Assembly: GCA_052327205.1 (NCBI GenBank)
Contig: CM126228.1
Span: forward strand, 25,730,001 to 25,794,000
Length of the DNA: 64,000 nucleotides
Source: Somniosus microcephalus
Lineage: Eukaryota
Direction of reading: 5' to 3'
A program made the translations under genes and the position numbers. Positions 25,826 to 38,378 of the stretch are shown here, piece by piece; position 1 is the stretch's first letter, and each line of letters begins with the position of its first letter. The notes beneath the pieces were generated by a model. It saw nothing but the letters and a program-made list of their open reading frames with translations, was not told the origin of the DNA and searched no databases.

Positions 25826-26949
25826 ATAATCAATCCAAAATTATGCATATACACTTTTTTACATATAGTAAGATTCTGTCAGATAAATATTGAAATTTAC
25901 AGGTCAAAGTGTTCCTGATGAGTGAGATTTCTCTTGTATTTCTGTCTGACTTGGACTGCTTCTACTATGTATGCTATTGGAGGAAAAGCAACTTATTTTC
26001 TCCCATTTCATAGATTACACAGTTTTGCTAAAGTGGTGTTTTTTCATTGAAGGCAAGGAAACGTTCTGCATGTATTGTACACACGTTATAAATTGCTGTT
26101 ACACTTTATACACAGTATCTTGGGCAAATTAGGAGCATAACATTTTTCTTGTGTGCAGAATAACTTCTTCAGCTTGACCTGCTCAAATTACCCACTGTAT
26201 TTCTCATCTGTTAATGTGCAAATTCAGAGTGTTTGTTGTGAAAGTAGAGGGAAGTATCTCATTTCTCATTGAAATCCTTGTATTGATTTCTATGCTGTAC
26301 ATTTCATCCAACATCTGCTCTTCTGGGGCATGTGTGTAAACCCTGTAGTGTGCAGAGCGATCCAAACCCCAGCACCTTTCGCAGTGGTGGTGTAAAATGC
26401 TGCTACATATGGACGACCTTAACTGATTGTAAATGGGATTAGTATTGGCTAGTTCTTGGCTTTCATCTCACAGGAAGCTAATTGTGTTATAGTAAGAGAA
26501 TCTGACAAGGCACTTTTGTTAGTTAAGCAAGAGTGCATCAGTGGCATTGTGCTAAGACAAAAGCAGATTGCATTTTACATTCACAGTAAAATCAGGCGCA
26601 TTAGCAACTCACAAGAAAGCGTGAAAAGCCATTAGGTTCTCAACATAAATTCTTGGCGAAACACTAAATTGAACGTGACTTAAATGCATAAAAAATATAG
26701 ATTGAAGGAGATTTGGTTTTCAACTTTGATTCTGATTTGCTTAAGTTACCCTTGAAATTGGGTGGTATGTTCCTGACATGAAAGAGATTTATTTTGCACT
26801 TCAGACATTGGGAATGATTCACTAATCCCTCTTTTAGACTTAATTGTCATTTTGTTGGATTCACCAAGAACCAAGACTGTTAAGTGGTACATTGAATTAA
26901 CTGGAAGTTTTTAAGTCATGAAGTTTTTTTTGGCCAATTCCCCCCCCCT

Positions 26950-27377
26950 TCTCTCTTAGGCAGTCCCTCGGAACTGAAGATGACTTGCTTCCACATTAAA
27001 AATGAGCTCACAGGTGGCTGATTAGTCCAATGCGAGACCTACAGTCTCTGTCACAGGTGGGACAGACGGTGGTTGAAGGGGCAGGTGGGCGGGGTGCTTG
27101 GGTTGACGTGCGCTGCTTGCACTTGGCTTCTGCTTGCTCCCGGCAAAGAGACTCGAGGTGTTTGGCGCCGTCCCGGATGCTTCTCCTCCACTTTGTGCGG
27201 TCTTGGGCCAGGGATTCCCAGGTGTCGGTGGGGATGTTGCACTTTTTCAAGGAGGCTTTGAGGGTGTCCTTGAAGCATTTCCTCTGCCCACCTGGGGTTC
27301 TCTTGCCGTGTCGGAGCTCCGAGTAGAGCGCTTGTTTTGGGAGTCTCGTATCGGGCATGCGGACAATGTGACCCGTC
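26950..27377 (-). mobile_element. RTE-clade LINE 3' fragment
   Basis: TGHIVRMPDTRLPKQALYSEL...CPTCDRDCRSRIGLISHL; reverse-complement match to about 25214-25630. Confidence 0.93.
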
Positions 27378-27544
27378 TTCATGTGCTGATGGCATGAACT
27401 CCATGTTTGGGGTACAATTTCACGGATGCCAGTCACCCTCAAGTACCTTGCCCAAGTGACCATTGCACAGTTGTGTGTGTTTTCACAGTGATTGTCAGTA
27501 AGCTGTTCCACCACTGAGGCATCACAGCTGCTCCTGCTTCTATC

Positions 27545-27720
27545 TTTATTGTTTAGACATGCGCTTCCAGCAGGGACACTGCACGGCGATCGGGAACGGG
27601 AAATCCTGACTTGACGAGTGCTGGGGCCAATTGTAGTGCCCCTAATACCTCCCCTCAGTAACTCAACACAAGCTGAGGACCTGCTGGTCTGTACAGGGTG
27701 ACTACTCACTGGATGAGCTC
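27545..27720 (-). mobile_element. Degenerate old SINE-like copy
   Basis: cttccagcagggacactgcacggcgatcgggaacgggaaatcctg is the reverse complement of the motif region at 23260-23300 / 40610-40655. Confidence 0.45.
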
Positions 27721-29356
27721 CTTGAGCGGCTGAGGAAGTTGCCTCACAAACTGCTGTAATTATATTTTTGTTGAAGTTGAATTTTACACAGTGCAGATGG
27801 TGTTCTGGAAATGCTGAGTGTGAGGTGGGATCGGCCTTTTCATTTCCATTGGTATATTGTGTGCATCTTTCACTAAGAAGCATGATTGATCTCTGACATT
27901 TATTGGACCCCCTATGGGCTGGTTGATTATTAATTGATTGCAATCTGTATTTTTACCCATTGATTAGGTTTTAAGTTTCTTTAATCTTTAAAGGTTTCTA
28001 TTGATCTACAAACATGTCTTTGTTTAAGACACGAGAACTTAGATTTAATTCCTTTTTACATATTGATGAGTTACAAATTTCCAGAGGGGTGAAATATTTA
28101 TGAACAGTAATGTTTTTCTGATTGTTAGCGATGCTTGTGTAGGTTGCATGGTGAGGCGCAGAATGATCACTTATCCTGAACGAAGTGTTGTCATCTGCAA
28201 CTGTGCAGTCCTGAAAGAGTTTGGAGTTTCTTTCAGATCCTGGAGTGTGAGAAATGACTCCTCACCAGGTTGCTTTCAATTACTGCCGGCAAAAACATCT
28301 GTGAGATGGTAACCACTTGTATTGGGAAAAGTCAGTTTCACATTGATACAGTCCATCATGTTAACTAAATGAGCGAGTTGCTGCAGAATTGATTAGGAAT
28401 TCACGGAAAACAGTAGTAAGGATTTTCAGTTGCATAATTTCTTACATGCATTAAATTATAGTGGAAGATTGCTTTGCTAAACTGTATCTGGTCTACAAAA
28501 TGACTGTGTGTATGTGTGTGTGTATATGTATGTATGTACTATAATGTTGGTTTTCTTGCTCGAAAGTAACTTCAGGATCCTGTTAAAGGAAGTTCACAGG
28601 CTGGAAGTTTAGTCTGATAGAAAGCACTTGCTTGTATTACAAGCTGAGCAAAAATTGTTTTTTAAGAAATTTAAGCTGATATTTTGATAATGGGAGTGAA
28701 CTCAGTTAGTACATACAGGTCGTGGTTTGGGAATTTCAACTTATTTAACGAGTATTAATTGAAGTGGAAATGAGAGAATGCTTCCAGTTACTGTTTAATA
28801 TTTTATTTTAATGCGACAGAGTCCTTAGGCTCCACAGATTTTACTAAATATTTCAGGAAAGAATCTCCCTGTCCGCGAAACTGAAGTATTCCATAGATCC
28901 GCATTATTTTTTGTTCTTTCCTGTTGAGAATCATTCACTAAAATCCCTTTTGTGATTGCCAATGTGTATAAGCTGTTTCGTAGATGGTTGGACCTGATGA
29001 CCAACTATATACCGAGCTTAAAGGTTGTAGGGGAGACGACATACTCAAAACAATTTCTTCTACTTGAAAAGTAATTTGTGGAATCTGTCTCGATGCGTAA
29101 CTAAGGAAAAGTTGCATGAATGTTGTAAGTTTGAATCATTCCGAAGGTTAACCTTTAGGTTGTCATTGCATTGTGATTTATTGCTGTTTGCGCTCTGTTA
29201 GTACTGTTGAATAATCACCTTTTTAACTTGTAGGAAGTGTTTTCAGTTTCTTCCTATGAATTGGAGTTTTCCTTCACCGGCGGGGTTTACTTTCTGGTTG
29301 TGTCCAAGCTGCTAGTCTGAGTGGCTAACCATAGCAATGTCCCTTTTCATTCTCAG

Positions 29357-29501
29357 GTATGTCTCCATTTGAAGTTCAGCCAGCCCATACAGTGGTCAAT
29401 GAAGGCGAACTAGCCCGGTTTATCTGCAAGATACATGCAAACCCTCCACCGATCATAACCTGGGAATTCAACCGAACAGCACTGCCGCTAGCTACTGACA
29501 G
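29357..29501 (+). CDS. PRTG: Protogenin coding exon (exon 3 equivalent; first half of Ig domain 2)
   Basis: ttctcag|GT...GACAG|gtattc; 145 nt, phase 1-2; [47 protein letters not shown] matches recalled protogenin sequence. Confidence 0.95.
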
Positions 29502-29766
29502 GTATTCTATTGAGAGGGCAAGCTTTACACCAACATGCACAGAGTAGTTTGAATATAATCGTCTTAATTATGCAGATATTTCTTTTCGTTTCTTTGCATT
29601 AAATTGTTACCAGTCTTACTGCAATGCAATGATTTGTTACTGTAGTGCACTGACTTATTACTGTTGTCACTTCAGTGTGTACTACATTTTTGCTAGAAAT
29701 CCACACAATTCAAACTTTTAAAACAAATTCTTATTTAAAAAAAAAAAAAAAAAAATCTCTTCTCAG

Positions 29767-29900
29767 GATAACTGCTCTGCCAACTGGAGTCCTTCAGATC
29801 TATGGTGTTGAGGAACAGCACGCTGGACAGTACCGTTGTGTTGCAACCAATGTTGCAAATAGGCGCAGGAGTGCGGAAGCCATTTTAACCGTTGTTCAAG
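29767..29900 (+). CDS. PRTG: Protogenin coding exon (exon 4 equivalent; second half of Ig2)
   Basis: tctcag|G...CAAG|gtacac; 134 nt; [45 protein letters not shown], in frame with previous exon. Confidence 0.95.
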
Positions 29901-29929
29901 GTACACAGTTGAGATGTCTTTCTTCTTGA

Positions 29930-30365
29930 ACAATGAAAGACTTTATATAGCACCTTTCACGACCACCGGACGTCTCAAAGCGCTTTACAGCCAATGAAGT
30001 ACTTTTTTGAGTGAAGTCACTGTTGTAATGTGGGAAACGTGGCAGCCAATTTGCGCACAGCAAGCTCCCACAAACAGGCAATGTGATAATGACCAGATAA
30101 TCTGTTTTTGTTATGTTGATTGAGGGATAAATATTGGCCAGGACACCGGGGATAACTCCCCTGTTCCTCTTCGAAATAGTGCCGTGGGATCTTTTACATC
30201 CACCTGAGAGAGCAGACTGGGCCTCGGTTTAGCGTGAAATCTCATCTGAAAGACGGCACCTCCAACAGTGCAGCGCTCCCTCAGCACTGCACTGGAGTGT
30301 CAGCCTAGATTTATGTGCTCAAGTCCCTGGAGTGGGACTTGAACCCACAACCTGCTGACTCAGGT
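29930..30365 (-). mobile_element. Deu-domain SINE (SacSINE1-like), near full length
   Basis: Reverse-complement match along whole length to 1869-2285. Confidence 0.88.
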
Positions 30366-31125
30366 GAGTGTCCAGTAATTGGTTCAGTTAGGCTGCCCAT
30401 TCAACACACGGTCACTACATCTAATCTAAAAAGTGTGTGCACGTGCATTCTGTGCCAGGGAAATGACTTAACGGATGAGAATGCAAGTTGTGTTTTGTCA
30501 TGGAAATGCTAAACGTGCAGGGTGGTTGAGCTGATCAGTCCATCCTCAACTCTCTCTTGTAATAAACATGCAGGTATGTTATTGCTGTTCAGTCATATTT
30601 TCAAAATATTGAGACAAATGATGCCTTTGAAGAAATTGACTGAATTTTGTATTTAAGATGGTGCTGATTTCATCTCCGGCTCGGAGCAGGATAGCATAAG
30701 GAATCGCTTTCTTCACGGGGGGGTGTCCTTTGGGTTTGAATGGATGTTTGGGATCAAGTCAGCAATTAATGTGGCAGATCTCCCACAGTCACGATCAAAT
30801 TGCCAGCAAGGCTTGCTCATTAGGTTCAAGATAAAGTTAATGCTTCAAATGTCACCGTATGTCACATGCAGTTAACTGTACATGGCCGCTAGCTTTTAAC
30901 ATACACGATTCTATTGCTATTATCGGGAAAAGAGAGGTTGTTTCAAATAGAATCACTCGTGACATTGTTTGGTTTAACTGGATGTGAGGTTTTCTTTTCA
31001 CCATTTATTGGGGATCTTGCTGCTTCTTTCTAATTTTTATGAATCTGGTAGTGGTGCTATTTAAAACAAAATGCATCTATTAGTACTCGTAGTTAATAGC
31101 TTTAGCTGCATTTAAGTTGAAGGGA

Positions 31126-31290
31126 CATAAGAACATAAGAAATAAGAACAGGAGCAGACCATACGGCCCCTCGAGCCTGCTCCGCCATTCAATAAGATCA
31201 TGGCCGATCATCGACCTCACTCCACTTTCCCGCCCGATCTCCATATCCCTCGATTCCCCTCGAGTCCAAAAATCTCTCGATCTCAGCCTT
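31126..31290 (-). mobile_element. CR1 3' end fragment
   Basis: acataagaacataagaaat...ggcccctcgagcctgctccgccattcaat, as at 9184-9300. Confidence 0.85.
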
Positions 31291-31482
31291 GCTTTTGCTT
31301 TTGCTTTTTAGAAACTTGCCAAAGTGACGCATGTTTAAAAACGAACTCATCCACTCCTATGTTACTTCCTTTGGTTATTACGAGAAATCCTGTGCGCAAG
31401 ACACCGTTTCATTTTCATTTTTATTTGGGTTTTGCTAGTTTAGTTAAATTTGATGGGGTATTTGTTTAGGGTTCTATAGTAA

Positions 31483-31716
<234 letters not shown>

Positions 31717-32000
31717 TGATACTTAGAAACCACAAAACAATACTTAAACCAGGAATTACAGACAGTTTTAAAATACCGTGACTTTTTGATCTAACAAATA
31801 CAACCTCGACACTGTTTTCAACATACTGTACTGTTATTAAATGGACTGTAAATTACTTTTATTTAAGACACTTCCTTTTTCCTGTTTTTTTTAATGCCGA
31901 TCATTTTAGTCCATTTTAACCGTTGGGAGTTTGTTTTTCTGAATGATATTGATCTAATTTTAATGGTTGGTTGATGCAAATATCTGCTTTTTCCAAACAG

Positions 32001-32159
32001 ATCACCGATCTATTGATGTTTTCAATTCACGGGTTTTGGGGAATGGGAATTTGATGATATCGGATGTGAAGGTGCAGCATGCCGGAATATATGTGTGTCG
32101 AGCCACCACACCAGGCACCCGCAATTACACTGTAGCCACAGCTATGCTTACTGTGTTGG
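32001..32159 (+). CDS. PRTG: Protogenin coding exon (exon 6 equivalent; Ig3 second half)
   Basis: aaacag|AT...TTGG|gtaaga; 159 nt; DHRSIDVFNSRVLGNGNLMISDVKVQHAGIYVCRATTPGTRNYTVATAMLTVL. Confidence 0.96.
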
Positions 32160-32220
32160 GTAAGATAACAAACCTGTTTAGGCTAAGGACTCTAGAATTA
32201 ATGTGCGATTCCAATAGTTA

Positions 32221-32554
32221 CAGGAAACTCTCGATTTACTGGCACCCAAACAACCGGAAATCTCGGTTAACCGGCAAAATTCAGGAGTAGGTTCAGTTAA
32301 GTTTTTCTTCATATTCGTGGCCGTTTCTTGATTCTTGGCTGTGTAATCGGGGGTTCCTGCACTTGTTGCTAAGCAACAGGGACGCTTGGTCTGTGGCCGG
32401 GCTTCTTGCACCTGTTGCTAAGCAACAAGGAAGCCTGGATTTGTTGCTGTGTACGGAGCTCTCGTACCTTTTAACTATACCTCTCTGTAATCCGGACTTT
32501 TTGATAAACCGGCACCACGCCGGTCCCGTTGGTGCCGGATAATAGAGTTTCCTG
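32221..32554 (-). mobile_element. Tc1/mariner-type (Tigger/pogo-like) MITE
   Basis: TIR CAGGAAACTCT / AGAGTTTCCTG, TA TSD; related to 43989 and 54269 copies in opposite orientation. Confidence 0.85.
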
Positions 32555-32894
32555 TAGTACAATTTTGAAGGTACTTGCTGCTCTCCTAGGAAGCCAACAA
32601 AACAAATTGTAACAAGGGACACCTTCTAACCAAGTTCTGACATTCATGCTGTCCATACTTGCAATGTTTTCAGTTGCAAGTGATTTGAAGAAGCAATGTT
32701 TCATTATTTTGATAAATTATTCATGCATGCAGGTGTTATTCTTTTAAAAAAAAATGTTCCTTGCATGTTATTTCAGGAAAATCAAATTATAAAGAACTTG
32801 TATTTATATAGCATTGAAATTGTCTTTCAGAAATAACCCAAAGTACTTCACATGCAATGAATTGCTTTGAAGTGCTGTCACCATTTTTATGTAG

Positions 32895-33335
32895 TCCCGT
32901 TCACCCATCACCCCTGTGCTCGCTGTCATACATTGGCTCACGGTTAAGCAACGCCTCGATTTTAAAATTCTCATCCTTGTTTTTAAATCCCTCCAAGGCC
33001 TCACCCCTCCCTGTCTCTGTAATCTCCTCCAGCCCTGCAGCCCTCTGAGATCTCGGCGCTCCTCCAATTCTGGCCTTGTGTGAGCATCCCTGATTTTAAT
33101 CGCTCAAACCATTGGCGGCCGTGCCTTCAGCTGCCAAGGCCCTAAGCTCTGGAATTCCTTCCCTAAAGCGCTCTACCCCTCTTTCCTCCTTTAAGACACT
33201 CCTTAAAAAAAATCTACCTCTTTGACCAATCTGCCCTAATATCATCATAATGTGGCTTGGTGTCAAATTTTGTTTAATAACGCTCCTGTGGAGTGCCTTG
33301 TATCGTTTTGCTACATTTAAAGGTGCTATATAAAT
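32895..33335 (+). mobile_element. L2-clade LINE 3' fragment
   Basis: SPITPVLAVIHWLTVKQRLDFKILILVFKSLQGL; ggcggccgtgccttcagctgcc..ctctggaattcc; tail aaaggtgctatataaat. Confidence 0.85.
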
Positions 33336-33343
33336 AGTAGCAG

Positions 33344-33469
33344 TAGTGTGGCCCTTTTAAGGGGCTGCGCAGCCGATTCAAAATACCACGCCTGCGTGAT
33401 TTCTCCTATTTAAAAGCCGGTGAGCCGGAGCTGCAGAGCGCGTGGCCATGCAGCTTAAAGGGAACACTG
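33344..33469. mobile_element. Possible short hAT-like MITE
   Basis: Degenerate TIR tagtgtggcccttttaag / cttaaagggaacactg; no 8-bp TSD seen. Confidence 0.4.
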
Positions 33470-34194
33470 CCAGTTAATCTCTCTTTTTTCTTCAGTGCTA
33501 TTGGTTGAGGGGGGAACATTGGCCAGGCAAAACGCCCTACTTTTCTTTGAATAGTGCCCATGGGCTTTTTAAACATCCATTAGAAAATCTGAAGGATGGT
33601 ACCTCTGACAATGCAGCACTCTTAAGTCGAAGTCGCAGCCTAGATTATGTACTCAGACCCACAATTGAGGGCGCTACCAACTAAGTCAAGCTGACATAAA
33701 TAAATGGTATTTTGTTTACAATTATTTACAAAAAGGGTAAAGCTTTTAAAAGGCAGCGAGATAGCACTGTTATCCCATGAAGAATGTGCATGAATACAGT
33801 GGACATTCCATAAGGGATAGGTGAGCACCGGGATAATATTTAACAGGAGCCACTGATTTATCTTGTTTTGTGTAAATAGCTTAGTGGATAATCAAAGTAA
33901 AAGACACAACCACGTATTTTTAAAAAAAAAAACAAATGCGTAGTTTAGACAGAGTCCACGAGTGAATTTCTCCTGCTTTGAACGCAGGTCTGGTAACTCA
34001 TGGGATTCCTTTTCATCTCCTATTGATCCACTTGTGTACCTGATTTTAGATGTGAAATAGAAGAGTTTAAACATTTTTTTTCAATTTTGTTTTTCCCGAT
34101 TAAATAATATCAAGGTGAGGCATGTTAGTGCTGCAAGATGAAACACTTATCTAATTTGGGCACAGGGGGTTGGCATTAAACTCTTTGCGATCTG

Positions 34195-34510
34195 GTATAA
34201 CCTGGTCAGATGCACGATAAAGCTATCTGCACTTCGCCCCAAAAATGTGCATTAGCCCTAACTTTAGAGCAGCCCTACTGCATTGTGAGATTTCCATTTT
34301 CTGCACCAACCATCCTGTGGCCACTGAGTTGGACTGCTAGCTGGTGCCTAATTATGACCAGTTCTTTGCTGAGGGAACACGCCTAGTAGGACCTGGACGG
34401 ATACAACCCAAACACATTTGACATCGGAGTGTTGCAAAGACAGACAGAGAACTTTTATTCTATTACTCTAGGCTGGACTTGTTTTCATATCCCAGAGTCA
34501 AAAGACAAGT
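34195..34510 (-). mobile_element. LF-SINE-like relic
   Basis: Colinear blocks aatgtgcattagccct, catcctgtggccactgagttggactgctagctggtgcctaatta, taggacctggacggatacaacccaaacacatttgacatcgg resemble the reverse complement of LF-SINE as recalled. Confidence 0.55.
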
Positions 34511-35036
34511 TTTTATATTTTTAGTGCTTTGCTGAATTTATGGATCAAATTATTTTTGTTGTTGTTTAATTAAAGTTTAGAGTAATATGAGAAGTTGTAG
34601 CGTTACAGTATTACTGCAGGGTAGAGCAGCAGCTCATCCATCATGGTGCACAAAATCTCCCGTGTACTGTGGAGTAAACATCGGTGCTGACCTCTCTAAC
34701 CAAAAGTAGGCATCACAGCAGCTTCTAATGGTTTGAAAATGTAAATGACCTTGCATTTTAAGTTGCTTCAGATATCATTTTCCATCATTCTCTCTGACTG
34801 GGAGATTCTTTCACCAAAGGATGTTGCACTCCCTCAGTTGGGGCTTCTATCAATGCCAATCCATGACTGGTTGGCTTAAGATGTGCTTAGTTTTGCTGCT
34901 GAGAGTGCTTCACAACGTGAGGTATTTTTTTATTGTTTAGGCTTGGCTCCTTGATCTATCGGGCAAGATGCATGGCACTTTTTCAGTGGAAAACAAGAAT
35001 ATAGTCTTACTAGTGTTTTCCAATGTTGTTTTATAG

Positions 35037-35199
35037 CCCCACCTTCTTTCGTTGAGTGGCCCGAGAGCCTGACCAGGCCTCGTGCTGGCACGGCCAGGTT
35101 TATGTGTCAGGCAGAAGGCATTCCTACACCTAAAATTAGCTGGCTGAAGAATGGACAAAGGATTCACTCCAATGGACGTATCAAAGTCCAGTATAGCAG
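35037..35199 (+). CDS. PRTG: Protogenin coding exon (exon 7 equivalent; Ig4 first half), missed by the ORF track
   Basis: ttatag|CC...AGCAG|gtacac; 163 nt; manual translation [53 protein letters not shown]. Confidence 0.95.
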
Positions 35200-35669
35200 G
35201 TACACGTTGATTTATTTTTAGTTTTGTTTCGAAAGCTCTGTCTCCCATTTGCAGATGTGCAATATGAAAGAAATTGAGTGTGATTATGTTGTAATGTTTT
35301 TTCGAAAGTGCACTTGGTTTTGGTTGTGGTGGTGAATGCAGCTCTTTGCCCAGTAATGTTTCTGTTTGAACTCTGAACAACAGTTTGGTCCAGAAAGTCA
35401 ACAAACTAACTTTTTACAGTTACATTGATAAATTAATTGATCTTAATGACCATAGAGCCTTGCTGGTCTACACAGAATTGTTAATTCTAAATTGGGATTA
35501 TTCAGCATACGTTTTAGTGACTACACTTTACACACAGTTAAAGATGCATTTTCAAATGTATTTAGTTCAATTGCGGGTCTGTGACAGATAACAGTACCAT
35601 TCAAACTAGAACTTCAAGGCGACTTGGTATAGCTGTGTCCAGGACATGGAGTTTCAACTGAACTGGCGG

Positions 35670-35890
35670 ATGCCTCAGTTGGTAAATAGTGTGGTCCTGA
35701 GCCACGGATATCAGGAAGGATCCGGGTTCAATCACTCGTGGCTGTGGGAGTGGTGCGGCCTACCCCCATGTCCTGGGGTAGGAGGGGGGAGAATGAGCTA
35801 GGCTTCCTGTTTTTGTTTTTGGAAGGGTTGTGTAGACGGGCGAGGATCGGATCAAGCGGGGAGCTGTGTGGTTACACTTAACTGACTTGC
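35670..35890 (+). mobile_element. Degenerate tRNA-head SINE-like copy
   Basis: A-box-like gcctcagttgg, B-box-like gggttcaatc, then cctggggtaggagggggga..ctaggcttcctg as in 40458 family. Confidence 0.5.
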
Positions 35891-36956
35891 ATTATTGTGG
35901 AGTGGGGGGAGGGCAAAGCACGCACGGAGCTCTGCTTACTGAGTCCCGACTTGGATCCTTTTCTTCCAGTGAAGGAAATGTCATAGGCCAGCCAGTTATT
36001 TTTAATTGAAATGTGGTCCCCTGTATTGCCAGAGTGTTTTTTTAAAAACCTTTAAAAAGTTAAGATTTGAAAAGAGGGCTTTGCACTGTTTTGCTGTCAC
36101 TAGTGTGAACTCACACAGAATGAGGCTACCTTTTGTAGGTGCTCTGGTACGAGGTCATTGACGGCTTTCTGCTACACTTGATGTACTGGCATATTACAAG
36201 TGTCTTTATTGTTGTCTTGCTGAGCATGGCTTTAAAAGCTCCAGGTTCTAAAGTAGTGGAAGCACAACAAATCTCAGAGCCGTACCTAAAGAGAACATGC
36301 TGGTTACTCAGTTTTAAGTGTTAATTGTGACATCAGACTGCCCTACTAAAGAGTTGGGTTTATGGCTTTGTAAAACCACAAGTGCTCTCTGAAGCTGGAC
36401 TGGCCTGACTTGAGCACAGCGCACACAATCAACAGCAGGCCTAGAAACTGCAGATGCAGACACTTATCTGCCCAGTACAGTAAACTGACATAACTGCTTT
36501 GTTACCTGTAGGATCAATGGCACAGACACAAAGTATACTGTCAGCCCTTTGTGCGTTTGTTTACATTGCATGAAGGCTGGTGTAATACCAATAGAAGTCA
36601 TGACTGACTGAGTGAATACCTTTACCAGATGACTTTAGTCTGAGAGGGTTCTGACTTGAAGCTCCCCCCTGGAATTGAATTGACTTTGGAATGAATTAAT
36701 CTTGTACAAATGAGGTTTACGTAGTCAGCAGACTCGGGGCAGTTCCTAGTAAATTGGTCACATTGTTATAACTTGCCTACGGGCATTTCCAGTTATTAAT
36801 GTACAAAGTTGAGCCCCTTTTTTTAAGATTCGCATTTACCAAATGTTACGTTGTTCCATTAGAGAGCTGCACTTATTTACAGATAATAAAAATTAGTAGA
36901 TTTGATGTGCTTGAAAATTCAGGTAATCAACCAAATGATTCTTTTTTATTTTTAAG

Positions 36957-37204
36957 CAAATTGGTGATAAACCAGATCATTCCCGAAGATGATGCCATTT
37001 ACCAGTGTGTGGCTGAAAATCAACAAGGCTCCGTTCTTTCAGTAGCCAGACTGATTGTTATTATGTCTGAGGACAGGCCGAGCGCACCTCGTAACATCCA
37101 GGCAGAAACGGTGTCGAGTTCAGGGATTCTTCTGTCTTGGGAAAGGCCCATGTACAATTCTGATAAAGTAATCGCATACTCAGTCCATTACATGAAAGCA
37201 GAAG
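36957..37204 (+). CDS. PRTG: Protogenin coding exon (exon 8 equivalent; end of Ig4, start of FN3-1)
   Basis: tttaag|C...GAAG|gtgagc; 248 nt; [82 protein letters not shown]. Confidence 0.96.
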
Positions 37205-38378
37205 GTGAGCCCTGAGTTTTATTCGTACACTTTTGACCTTGTGCTGCTCACACATATTTTCTAATTCAGCCGGTAGATAGCTTCAAAGTAAACAATTCTA
37301 GCTGTCTGCCAGGTAAGAAAGAAATGTTTAATGCAGTAAATCTACAAGGTGCATCTTGACTCTGACTTCAGAAGAAGCATCTGTTTAAGTGTAAATGAAG
37401 TAGCTTGTTTTAAAGCTAGTCTGCAAGTATCATCCTCTTCACTTTTTGTTGTTGTTTAGGCTTGGACATTCTCCGTTGCCAATGTCTAATTGGAATGTGA
37501 GAAGTTGACCATCTGTTGTTAATATTCTGTTGCTGGGCAGAGGTCACAAAGAGAGAATAGCCTCTCTAATGAAATGGGAATAGCAGCCTTCTCTGTACAA
37601 ACAATGTGATCTGTTGAGATGATTAAAATTGGGTAGAAGGTTTACCTTCTCAAGGGAAAGGTGTTTATTATGAGTTCATAGAACAGAGAGTATAGAAATG
37701 CATGAAGGTATAATTAAAGTGTGTGGTGGAGTGTGTTCAGGCAGCAGCACCAGTTTTCTGAAGGCATTAAAGTGTTGGCTATGGAGTGCAGATTGCAGTC
37801 GAATGGTTGCTTTGTATTCCATTATAGTTATTGCATTAAGCCCCAGCGTGAGTTCTGTTGAAGTATTCAGCAGGGTAACAAGACTCTTTAATTTTCCTTC
37901 AAGGATTTTGTTTTCTAGGTCAGAAATCAGGACTTTGGAAATTCATTATTAGCCGGTAATTACTACTTGTGAATGGGCCTCTTAGGTTTTGCAAATTAAG
38001 CGGCTATCAAGCTTATTCATGAATGTGGGAAAATGTAATTGGGAATAATTCTGCTTTTGGCTGTATTTAAAATGCAGTGTTTTGCTTTAAAGAAGCAAAG
38101 TACTGGTGAAGTTGATTTATGGGAAGATCAACTCTTAGCATGAATTGTGTGACTCCCATTTCCACAGTGGCAATAGGGGGGGGGGGGGGGGGGGAAGTTT
38201 ATTTGCTGCAAAATTATATCAAAAGTCTGAAAAGTGTAAGTCATTTTAAGGGATACTTAGACGGCTCACGTGTTATTTTTCTATCACATGCTAACCTCTG
38301 AAGAAGTGTCGCCGGAACAGGCTGCCTAAGTTAATTATCCCAGGCTCACAAATTGACAGCGGGTTTTTCTTTCCCCAG

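Larger units (their letters stand above)
32795..33692 (-). mobile_element. Degenerate Deu-domain SINE split by nested insertions
   Basis: Tail at about 32795-32893, body and head at about 33480-33692 (gacaatgcagcactc..gcctagattatgtactca). Confidence 0.55.

Noticed and set aside
27008-27943. 311-aa minus-strand ORF as a novel host-RTE fusion gene
   Set aside because: Only the C-terminal part is RTE; the rest is read-through of intron and SINE relic with no recognisable motifs
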